Below, in pieces: positions 16,397 through 24,334 of a stretch of DNA of 38,446 nt. Below the pieces are notes generated by a model. It was not told the DNA's origin. It made no database searches and saw only the letters and a list, made by a program, of their open reading frames with translations. This DNA is from an uncultured Phycisphaera sp. GTDB lineage: Bacteria > Planctomycetota > Phycisphaerae > Phycisphaerales > Phycisphaeraceae. A program made the position numbers and the translations under genes. Positions within the stretch are counted from its first letter, which is position 1, and every line of letters starts with the position of its first letter. The stretch lies in assembly GCA_964409095.1 (NCBI GenBank), contig CAYPCC010000005.1, forward strand, positions 1-38,446, in the 5' to 3' direction.

Positions 16397-16915
16397 GTGG
16401 CCCAGCGCCGATTCCATTACGAGCAAGCCTTCGAGCATTATCTGCGGGCCAACGGGATCGCTTACGTCGCGGTGGACGAAGCCAAGCGGGCGCTGCACGG
16501 CAAGACCGGCATCGCGGGAGCGAAGAAGCTCAAGAGTTTTGATTTCGTTGTCTATTCTGAGTCGGGGTCGAACCTGCTCGTCGACGTGAAGGGGCGAAAG
16601 CATTCGGGTAAGACCGGCAAGTCCTTGCAGAACTGGGTGACGCGGGACGATGTCTCGTGCATGGAAACGTGGTCGGGGATTTTCGGGGACGACTTTGAGC
16701 CGGCGTTTGCGTTTTTATTTTGGTGTGATGCGCAGCCGCCGGACGCGTTGTTTCTTGAAGTCTTTGAGTTCAATCAGCGGTGGTACGCGGTGCTGGCGGT
16801 GAAGCTCAGCGATTACGTTGCGCACATGCGGGATCGGTCGGCGAAGTGGGACACGGTGAGTCTGCCGGCCGCGGCGTTTAGCCGGGTGTCGGTTGAACTG
16901 AAGTCTTTGCTTTGA
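16397..16915 (+). CDS. HYExAFE family protein (PD-(D/E)XK nuclease-like)
   Basis: N-terminal HYEQAFE signature and KSFDFVV...LLVDVKGRK (D...DxK). GTG start with GAGG RBS, 7 nt after the hisS stop. Confidence 0.85.
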   Translation: MAQRRFHYEQAFEHYLRANGIAYVAVDEAKRALHGKTGIAGAKKLKSFDFVVYSESGSNLLVDVKGRKHSGKTGKSLQNWVTRDDVSCMETWSGIFGDDFEPAFAFLFWCDAQPPDALFLEVFEFNQRWYAVLAVKLSDYVAHMRDRSAKWDTVSLPAAAFSRVSVELKSLL

Positions 16916-17735
16916 CGCAGGACGATGAATGGACGGCGCAGAGTTGGCCGTTGGTGGCGAGGGTCGCGCGGTCGGCGGCGTCGCGGAATTGGGCGAGCAC
17001 GGCTTCGAGGTTGTTCCACTGGTTGTAAGCGTCGAGTTCCCAGCTGTGGCCCCAGAGGTGCAAGACGCCGCCGTGGGTCAGGACGTGATTGAGCAGGGCG
17101 GCGGCTTGGGTGGGCCAGTCGTTCGCGGCGGCGCGGCCGTGCTTGAGGTAGAGCCGGGCGTTGGGAAACGCCCGACGTTTGAGGAGGTTGCGGGCGATGC
17201 TGGTGTGGGTTTGCGGGTGGGCTTGCAGGGTCGTGGGCATCTCGACGAATCCGCCGACGCCGTCTTGGCTTAATGTCTTCCGGGGGCGGGGGCGGGGATA
17301 ATCGGTGGACCACATCTCAACGGTGCGCAGGCTGGCGAATCCTGCGTCGCGGATCATCTCGACGTGGCCGGCGTTGAATTTGCCTTGAGGTGCGCAAAAC
17401 GCGGTGCAGTCGAGGCCGATGGCGTCGGCGATGTAGTGGCGGGAGTCGGTGATTTCTCGGAGGGCGACGTCGTCGGCGACGGTGGTGAGCACGGTGTGAT
17501 GGATCGTGTGCGCCCCGATCTCAAAGCCGCGGTCGGCCAAACCGCGCAGCTGCGCGGGTTGCAACACCGGCTTGTCGGCCAAGCGATCAAACTGCGGGAT
17601 GTAGAACGTCGCGGGGACCTGGTAGGTTTCGAGTAGGTCAGCCAGACGCAGGTCCGCGAGGTGGCCGTCGTCCCAACTCGTGGTGATCATCGTTTTGGGG
17701 ATTCGTGAAACGGAGTCGGAGACAGCATCAATCAT
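16878..17735 (-). CDS. Polysaccharide deacetylase (NodB/CE4)
   Basis: TTSWDDG, ATFYIP, FEIGAHTIHH, FCAPQG and LHLWGHSWE. The start overlaps the stop of the upstream wzy-like gene. Confidence 0.9.
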   Translation of the reverse strand: MIDAVSDSVSRIPKTMITTSWDDGHLADLRLADLLETYQVPATFYIPQFDRLADKPVLQPAQLRGLADRGFEIGAHTIHHTVLTTVADDVALREITDSRHYIADAIGLDCTAFCAPQGKFNAGHVEMIRDAGFASLRTVEMWSTDYPRPRPRKTLSQDGVGGFVEMPTTLQAHPQTHTSIARNLLKRRAFPNARLYLKHGRAAANDWPTQAAALLNHVLTHGGVLHLWGHSWELDAYNQWNNLEAVLAQFRDAADRATLATNGQLCAVHSSSCVKAKTSVQPTPG

Positions 17736-19122
17736 GTTCGTTGACTTCGCGAGGTTGGGCGTGGGGGACGTTCATCACTTCGGGGTAGCGTCGGTAGACC
17801 CAGACGCTGCCAAAGCCCAGCCCGGTGACCGCCCAATACCACACGCCGCCCATCGGCCCCTCGAAATACACGTCCACCGCCGCGTTAAACGTCAGCGCCA
17901 CCCAGTAGGCAACCAGTAACACGAACCACATCGCCCAGGCCGCATCCCCGCGCTGCCTCGCTTGAAGGTAGCCGCTGAGCATGGTCCAACACCACGCCGC
18001 GAGGATCATGCACCACAACACAAAGCCCGGCACGCCGGTGCGGGCGAGGATGTTGAGGTGGCCGTTGTGCGGGCTGCGCAGGGATTCGCTTTCGAGGAAG
18101 ACTTGGAAGCCGTCGGAGTTGGCGAGGTTGACGCCGAAGCCTTTGCCGGTCCAGAAGTAGTCGCCCATGACGGTATAGTCGTAGATGGTTTTCCACCAGT
18201 CGAGGCGCCAGGTTTTGGTGTCGTCGAGGTCGCCGGCGGCTTCGCCGGTGTCGAAGACGGTGATGACGTTGAGCAGGAGCTGCTGCGCGGAGAACTCGCG
18301 TTCACGGCCCGGGACTTTGACGCTGATATCGCTGAGCGCGACGAGGGTGATGACGACGGTCATCGTGATCGCCAGCCGGGTGGCCCAGGCGCTGCGTGGC
18401 CTCATCAGAAACGCGATGCCAAAGGCGATCGAAAACGCCACCAACCCGCCGCGGCTGATCGCCCCGGTGACGCCCAGGAGCATACAAAGCAGCAGCATCC
18501 ACACCAGCGATTTGCCGCGGAACACCCCGAGGATGGATAGCGCCGCGATCCCGCCCAGGTGCACCGGCATGTCGCCGGGCTTGAGCGTGATGATCCCCAC
18601 GTCGCTGGCCCACGGCCAGGTCGGCATCGACTCGCCTATGATGGTGTCGCACAGCCACAGCGGCGGCATGACGATCAGGAAGACTTTGACGAAGGTTTGG
18701 TATTTGCCCAGCAGCCAAGGTATGAGCTTGGGTTGGGACATGATGGCGGCGGCGACGAGGATGGCCGTGGCCATGTAACCCACGAGCATAAAGTCGCGGA
18801 TCGCATCGAGCTTCCACTGCCCCAGATACGGCAGCGTCTGGGCCACCCCCCACGCAAACAGCAGCAAGATCAGCACCGCGACCGGCTGGGTCATCGCCTC
18901 TCGCCAACGCGGTTGCAACAGGAACGCCAACGCCCCGAGGCCCAGCGTGATCTCGGAGATGAACAACGGCGGCAGGCCGATGTAGGCAAAGCCTTTGCCG
19001 CCGATCGCCAAGCCGGCCATGAGAAACGCGAGCATGGCAAACCACCGTGCGGTGAGTCGTTGGGTGGTGGCGGCGGTCAGCGTCGGCAGCCGGGCGGGGG
19101 TAGGGGACGAGGTGGCAGGCAT
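17728..19122 (-). CDS. O-antigen ligase / Wzy polymerase family protein
   Basis: About 11 TM helices, ISRGG, WRLDWW, WTGKGFG and SPHNGHLNILARTGVPG (Wzy_C His motif). Confidence 0.85.
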   Translation of the reverse strand: MPATSSPTPARLPTLTAATTQRLTARWFAMLAFLMAGLAIGGKGFAYIGLPPLFISEITLGLGALAFLLQPRWREAMTQPVAVLILLLFAWGVAQTLPYLGQWKLDAIRDFMLVGYMATAILVAAAIMSQPKLIPWLLGKYQTFVKVFLIVMPPLWLCDTIIGESMPTWPWASDVGIITLKPGDMPVHLGGIAALSILGVFRGKSLVWMLLLCMLLGVTGAISRGGLVAFSIAFGIAFLMRPRSAWATRLAITMTVVITLVALSDISVKVPGREREFSAQQLLLNVITVFDTGEAAGDLDDTKTWRLDWWKTIYDYTVMGDYFWTGKGFGVNLANSDGFQVFLESESLRSPHNGHLNILARTGVPGFVLWCMILAAWCWTMLSGYLQARQRGDAAWAMWFVLLVAYWVALTFNAAVDVYFEGPMGGVWYWAVTGLGFGSVWVYRRYPEVMNVPHAQPREVNEHD

Positions 19123-19197
19123 GGTGGATGAGGGCGGATAAGGAAAACGGCGGTTGATGAGCCCAACGGGTCGAATTCGAGGTGACGGAGTTTTGAA

Positions 19198-21723
19198 TTA
19201 TGTAGCGGGTGTGGGCTGCATCGGCGGATGATCTTGGACACGTCGAGGTTTGAATCGGCCAAGGCGCAACAGGCTCTGGGCGATGCCTTTGGCCCGGCCC
19301 ATGCCTTTGACGCGGTCCAACCACAGGCCCCGCCAACCGCGGGGCATAAACGGCAGCAGGCCGTAGGTCGGTAGAGCCATGACTTTCTGCGTCCTTCCGT
19401 ACATATCGTCGGTCAGGAGCATTTGCATCAGCCCGAGGTATCGGCCGACCCAGCCGCGGCGCCGACCTCGGAGCATCGAGAGCACGAATAGATGTTCGCG
19501 GCACTGGAGATGGAGCCGGGAATCCAGCCGGGGGATCGCGGGGTTGACTTGATCGAGGAGTTGGTTGGTCCCGGCGACGGTGTCGTAGATCGACCGCAGG
19601 TGTTTACGGGTGTGCTTGCGGTCGGTGCGGCCGCTGCTCATGAGGTTCGTGCCGTGGACGCGGTAGCGGGCCAACGGTGTGGCGATCACCCGGACGCGGG
19701 TGAGCAGCGGGCCGACGGTGAACAAGAGCGCATCGGCGCAGCCGCGGAAACGCTTGCCGTTCATGGGGAAGAAGTGCCGGGCGATTTCCATGCGGTACGC
19801 CAACGCGGAGGTCGGCATGAAGTTCCACCGTCCGCCGCGACGCAGCACGGTCGGCCCCAGCCAGCCTTCTTCGAGCCGACTCAGAAACGGGATCACTTGC
19901 AGCGGCTGGTTGTCGGGGTCGATGACTTGCAGCGGGTGCTGGACCATGCCGACGTCGGCGGCTTGCTCAAACGTGTTGACCACCGCCGCGAGCTTGCCAG
20001 ATTCGTAGAGGTCGTCCGAATCGAGCAGGCAGAGGATATCGCCGCGGCAGCGGGCAAACGCGGTGTTCCATGCGCCGCCTTGCCCCGCGTTGTCTTGGCG
20101 GATGAGGGTGATGCGGGTGTCTTTGGCGACGAAGCGTTGGATACGGGCAGCCGAATCGTCGGTCGAGCCGTCGTCCACGACGATGAGCTCGAACCGGCCG
20201 TAGGTCTGGTCGAGCACGCTTTGGATCGACGCCTCGACCATGTGGCCGTAGTTGTAGTTGGCCATGATGACCGAGACCAAAGGTTGCTGCGGCAGCGGGG
20301 GCAGGTCGATCGGCTGCAGGGTCGGGTCGTCCTCGGGCGGCAGGGGCGAAGCCGCGTGCAGAATGATTCGGCCGCCCATCAGAATCAACGTCAACGCTTG
20401 GGCGACATAGCTGATGAACACCGCGATGATCGCACCGGGTAGTTCCCAGACCAACACCATCGGCAAGCCGACAACAATCAATACCACCGACGAGGCCACC
20501 GACGCGAGGAACAAGCGATCGGGGCGCTCCGCCGCCTTGAGTTGAGTGTGCAACACGGCATCGAAACCCGCAATAATCGGGATCAGCCCGATCAGCCAGG
20601 TGAAGGCGGCGTACTCGACGTATTTGCCCGAATACAGCAGGCCGATGATCGGCTCACCAAACAGCCCGAGCAGCGGCCAATACAACAACGGCAGACCCGC
20701 GGTCATGGCTAGCATGACCCACGAAATCTTGATGTAGCGCGGCGTGTGCTTGGCGCGGACCAGCATCGGCGTGACCAACGTAGACGCGGCCCAACCCACC
20801 AGAATCAACGGCACCGAAAAGTTCATCAGCGCCTTGAGCGCCCCGCCGGTTTTAAGATCCGGCGACGTCCCCGCGGCGAGGCCCAGCACGATGGGCACCG
20901 CGATGTAAGGCAGCTGCTCGGGGATGTACCGCGTGATCCCGGTCAGCGTCGCCCACTTGCCGTAGCGCCAGTGGTCGCGGGCAACCGGGCCGTAGTCTTT
21001 GAATCGGAGCATCGCCCGCGCGTTGACCCGCAGGACAATCAAGAGATACGCATTGACCACCACGCTCGCCCCAAACATGGTGAGAATCGCGGTGACGATG
21101 TTGAGGCTGCTCAGCGATCGCAACGTCAGCAGTGAGCCGATGATTAACACCAGATACCCCATGCCCGCGATGGCGGCGGGCTTGGGGTTGGATTCGATGT
21201 AGCAGGCGTTGCGGGTCATCCACGGCAGCAGTTGGCTGCACTGGGTCGCGGCGAGCAAGCACAACGCCACGCCCAGCAGCGGCTCGCCGTTGATCCACGT
21301 GATCAGGCCGATGGACCCGAGGATGAGACCGCCCAGCAGCGTGATCAGCAAGTGGCCGCCGAGGAGTTGGCCAAAGTAATCGGGAAGCCGATCGCGGTAT
21401 TTTTTGGCCCCGAAGACCATCATGGGCTCGGTGAGCATGGCGGTGGTGAACACGCCGATGATCAGGAAGCTGGCGTAGGCCGTGGTAAACGCGCCGAAGT
21501 CGCGTTCGGACAGCCAGCCCGCGAGGCCCACGGTAATCAGGAAATTCGCCCCGGCAAACAAACCTTGGTCGGCAATCGCCCACACGCCGCGGCTGGCCCA
21601 GTCGCGTCGCCGCACGGCCTTGCCGGGCGCGTCTTGGGCGATCGCGTTGCCGTCGGCATCGACCCGGCCGGGCGAGGCTTCGACGGGGTCTGGGGTTTCG
21701 GGGTTGGCCGGCGTCAGCGACAT
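19198..21723 (-). CDS. Fusion of a Wzx-type flippase (N-terminal) and a GT2 glycosyltransferase (C-terminal)
   Basis: About 12 TM helices with IADQGLFAGANF and DFGAF, then a Pro-rich linker, then LVSVIMANYNY..ELIVVDDGSTDDS..NAGQGGAWN..LLDSDD in the same frame. Confidence 0.85.
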   Translation of the reverse strand: MSLTPANPETPDPVEASPGRVDADGNAIAQDAPGKAVRRRDWASRGVWAIADQGLFAGANFLITVGLAGWLSERDFGAFTTAYASFLIIGVFTTAMLTEPMMVFGAKKYRDRLPDYFGQLLGGHLLITLLGGLILGSIGLITWINGEPLLGVALCLLAATQCSQLLPWMTRNACYIESNPKPAAIAGMGYLVLIIGSLLTLRSLSSLNIVTAILTMFGASVVVNAYLLIVLRVNARAMLRFKDYGPVARDHWRYGKWATLTGITRYIPEQLPYIAVPIVLGLAAGTSPDLKTGGALKALMNFSVPLILVGWAASTLVTPMLVRAKHTPRYIKISWVMLAMTAGLPLLYWPLLGLFGEPIIGLLYSGKYVEYAAFTWLIGLIPIIAGFDAVLHTQLKAAERPDRLFLASVASSVVLIVVGLPMVLVWELPGAIIAVFISYVAQALTLILMGGRIILHAASPLPPEDDPTLQPIDLPPLPQQPLVSVIMANYNYGHMVEASIQSVLDQTYGRFELIVVDDGSTDDSAARIQRFVAKDTRITLIRQDNAGQGGAWNTAFARCRGDILCLLDSDDLYESGKLAAVVNTFEQAADVGMVQHPLQVIDPDNQPLQVIPFLSRLEEGWLGPTVLRRGGRWNFMPTSALAYRMEIARHFFPMNGKRFRGCADALLFTVGPLLTRVRVIATPLARYRVHGTNLMSSGRTDRKHTRKHLRSIYDTVAGTNQLLDQVNPAIPRLDSRLHLQCREHLFVLSMLRGRRRGWVGRYLGLMQMLLTDDMYGRTQKVMALPTYGLLPFMPRGWRGLWLDRVKGMGRAKGIAQSLLRLGRFKPRRVQDHPPMQPTPAT

Positions 21724-21778
21724 GGGTGGCTCATGGCGGGGCGGTTGGACACGGAGCGAAAAAGCGATCGGCCCCGCT

Positions 21779-22591
21779 TTAGCGCCCTAACATCCATCGG
21801 CGGGCATACAAAAACACGAACAGCGTGTTGGTCACAAGGTACCGTTTCCACAGCCGACCCGGTTCGCGGGTCAGGCGATACAGCCACTCGAGCCCACGCT
21901 TCTGCATCCAAGGCGGCGCCTGCTTCACCGCTCCGGCATGGAAATCAAACGCCGCGCCGACGCACATCTGTACGCCTCGTAGCGACGGGCGGTGGTTGGC
22001 GGCGAAGACTTCTTGACGCGGGCAGCCGATGCCCAAAAACACCACGCCCGCGCCGCTGGCGTTGATGCGTTTGATCGCCTTTTTGTCTTCTTCCTCGGTC
22101 AGCGGCCGGAAGGGCGGCGACTCGGCCCCGACGATCTTGAGGTCGGGCAGCTTTTCGAGCAGGTTGTGACAAAGCGTTTCGAGCACCTCGGGGCGGCCGC
22201 CGTAGAGGTAGATGCCCACGCCCTCGGCAGCGCAGCGTTCGCAGGTCTTGAGCATCGTGGTCGGGCCGTAGACCCGCTCGTCGAGCCCGGCGTCGTGGAA
22301 TCGGTTGAGCGCCCAGCGGATCGGCTGGCCGTCGCAGGCGACGAGGTCGAACTGGTTCATCCGCTCGCGGTGCTCGGGGTCTTGCACGGCGACAATCAGG
22401 CCATGGACCGGCATGAAGTCGACCGTGGCGCTGCGGCGGTCGTGGGCCCAGTCCATGATCTGGTCGATCACCGCCTCAGGCCCGGCGGCGGTGACGTGGA
22501 CGCCGAAGATGTCGCGTTTGGGCAGTGAGCCGGGCGTTGGGGCCGAGGCGGTCACCGCGTCGGCGGTTTGGGAGGAGGCAACAGTGGTCAT
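21779..22591 (-). CDS. WecB/TagA/CpsF (GT26) glycosyltransferase
   Basis: DLVACDGQPI, ERVYGP, IYLYGGRPE, SPPFRPL, GIGCPRQE, VGAAFDF and APPWMQKRGLEWLYRLTREPGRLWKRY. Confidence 0.93.
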   Translation of the reverse strand: MTTVASSQTADAVTASAPTPGSLPKRDIFGVHVTAAGPEAVIDQIMDWAHDRRSATVDFMPVHGLIVAVQDPEHRERMNQFDLVACDGQPIRWALNRFHDAGLDERVYGPTTMLKTCERCAAEGVGIYLYGGRPEVLETLCHNLLEKLPDLKIVGAESPPFRPLTEEEDKKAIKRINASGAGVVFLGIGCPRQEVFAANHRPSLRGVQMCVGAAFDFHAGAVKQAPPWMQKRGLEWLYRLTREPGRLWKRYLVTNTLFVFLYARRWMLGR

Positions 22592-22816
22592 GGATCAAAC
22601 CTGGATCGGGGCAAAGCTCGGCGGTCATCGACGCAGCACGTCAGGCACCGCGTGGGAAAAGGGCGGGATCAACCGGCGGAAGCATCTTCCAAAACAATCG
22701 CCGCCTAAGGCCAGGGCGTAAGCCGCAAAGCCTTCGACGGCGAATCTGACGCCTCTGTTATTTTGCCCCAAAAAACCGGGCGTGCGAACCTTAATTCCCG
22801 AAAAACTCGGTTTATT

Positions 22817-23983
22817 TTAGCACGCGCCGCGTTGCTTGAGCACCGCGGGGATGGTGTGCAGCATGATTTTGACGTCGTGCTGCGGCGTTCGCTTACGTTT
22901 GTAACGCAGGTCCATGCGGACCCAGTCGTTGAAGTTCACGGTTGATCGGCCCCAGACCTGCCAGATGCACGTCAGGCCGGGCGTGATGTCGAGGCGACGC
23001 TTTTGCCAAGGCTCGCAGGCGTCGGATTCGTGGACCGGCAGCGGGCGAGGGCCAACGAGGGTCATGTTGCCCAGGAAGATATTGATCAGCTGGGGCAGCT
23101 CGTCGAGGCTGGTCTTACGCAGAAACGCCCCGACGCGGGTGATGCGGGGGTCGGCTTTGATTTTGAAGGCCGGCCCGTCTTGTTCATTGACCGCGAGGAG
23201 CTCGGCTCGCTTGGCCTCGGCGTCGGGGACCATGGTGCGGAACTTCCAGATGCCGAAGGGTTGCCCGCCGAGTCCGGAGCGTTTCTGAAGGAAAATGACC
23301 GGCCCTTTGGAGTCCAGCTTGATCGCCAAGGCAATGACGAGCATCAGCGGCCAAAGCACCAGCAACGCGCTACCCGAAACGATCAGGTCCATCGACCGCT
23401 TCCACCACGGCAACTTGCGGGCCATGAGCGGGTGCAATTCACGGGCGTGGACATGGTTTTCGATAAACCCGGCCGAAAGAGCGACTTCCCCCGCGACTTC
23501 CGCGGAGGTACTGGCGAGGGTTTTTGGGGCCTCGGCCTGATCGAAGCGATAGCCGCCGTCGCCGTGTTGGTCGTGGTCTTGATGATCGTCTTCGCGGGGT
23601 GGAGCATACTGGTAGATCGCAAACGAGGTTTTGATGCCCCGCTCGCGGAGTTGCTGACGGACGATCTCGGCAAAGCGGCGGCCGCCTTGGACGGGCGTGT
23701 CGGGGAGCACGGCGAAGCCGGTGTTCTTATCGAACCAGCCGATCTCGTCGGTGATCCGGCCACGCTTCTGCATCACATGGACAATGACCTCGGCATCCTT
23801 ACGCTTGCGTGAGTTGCCGTCGTAGCCCAGCAAAACCATCGACAGCGGACGACCGGTGCGGTCGGCCCGCGTGCGTTCGCGTTCGAGGATGCGATTGAGG
23901 TGCTCGGCGCGGACCTGCAAATCGGTTCCAGAGAGGGATACCGCGTTCTTCTGTTTTGTCAACCAATTACCCCACCAAGCCAT
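22817..23983 (-). CDS. Priming phosphoglycosyl transferase (Bac_transf) with an N-terminal degenerate GGDEF-like domain
   Basis: C-terminal KRSMD, GPVIFLQKR, KFRTM, DPRITRVGAFLRKTSLDELPQL, LVGPRP and PGLTCIWQV. Residues ~25-127 align by eye to GGDEF. GGAGG RBS. Confidence 0.9.
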   Translation of the reverse strand: MAWWGNWLTKQKNAVSLSGTDLQVRAEHLNRILERERTRADRTGRPLSMVLLGYDGNSRKRKDAEVIVHVMQKRGRITDEIGWFDKNTGFAVLPDTPVQGGRRFAEIVRQQLRERGIKTSFAIYQYAPPREDDHQDHDQHGDGGYRFDQAEAPKTLASTSAEVAGEVALSAGFIENHVHARELHPLMARKLPWWKRSMDLIVSGSALLVLWPLMLVIALAIKLDSKGPVIFLQKRSGLGGQPFGIWKFRTMVPDAEAKRAELLAVNEQDGPAFKIKADPRITRVGAFLRKTSLDELPQLINIFLGNMTLVGPRPLPVHESDACEPWQKRRLDITPGLTCIWQVWGRSTVNFNDWVRMDLRYKRKRTPQHDVKIMLHTIPAVLKQRGAC

Positions 23984-24204
23984 CGATCCGTCCTCCGCCC
24001 CCGTAGGCAGCTAGTTTTTTTTGTTCAAAGAATAAATCACTCAGTCAGGTCGTCACGCATTGCCTTGACGCAACGCATTCATTCAAGCCACTCCAGCCTC
24101 GGCTGGGTGTACGCCTAGATGACTACGACTTTCTGTACTCTTTCTCTCGGTCTCACCACGCCCAGCATCCCCCGCTGAGCGTACTGCCTATTGCAGGCTC
24201 CAAG

Positions 24205-24232
24205 AGAATAGCACACGCTCCATCAGAATCAA
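24205..24232 (-). promoter_or_regulatory. Putative sigma70 promoter (extended -10) for the PGT-to-deacetylase operon
   Basis: Minus strand TTGATT-N16-TATTCT with TGn immediately before the -10 element, and an AT-rich upstream tract. Confidence 0.55.
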
Positions 24233-24334
24233 TATTTAAATCCCTCATAACCACCATTGCTTGCCAAAATTTAGCTTGGAAGCGTTTAAAATGATAAAAT
24301 GGGGGATTTGTGCTTGGTTATTTTCACGCCGTTC

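Noticed and set aside
13395-16915. Restriction-modification system (methyltransferases plus PD-(D/E)XK protein)
   Set aside because: The DPPY protein is clearly RsmD, the second methyltransferase lacks DNA-methyltransferase catalytic motifs, and hisS lies between the genes.
22600-22810. c-di-GMP-I riboswitch fragments (GGCAAA, GCAAAGC)
   Set aside because: They are on the non-coding strand, and the GNRA hairpin and P2 spacing are missing.
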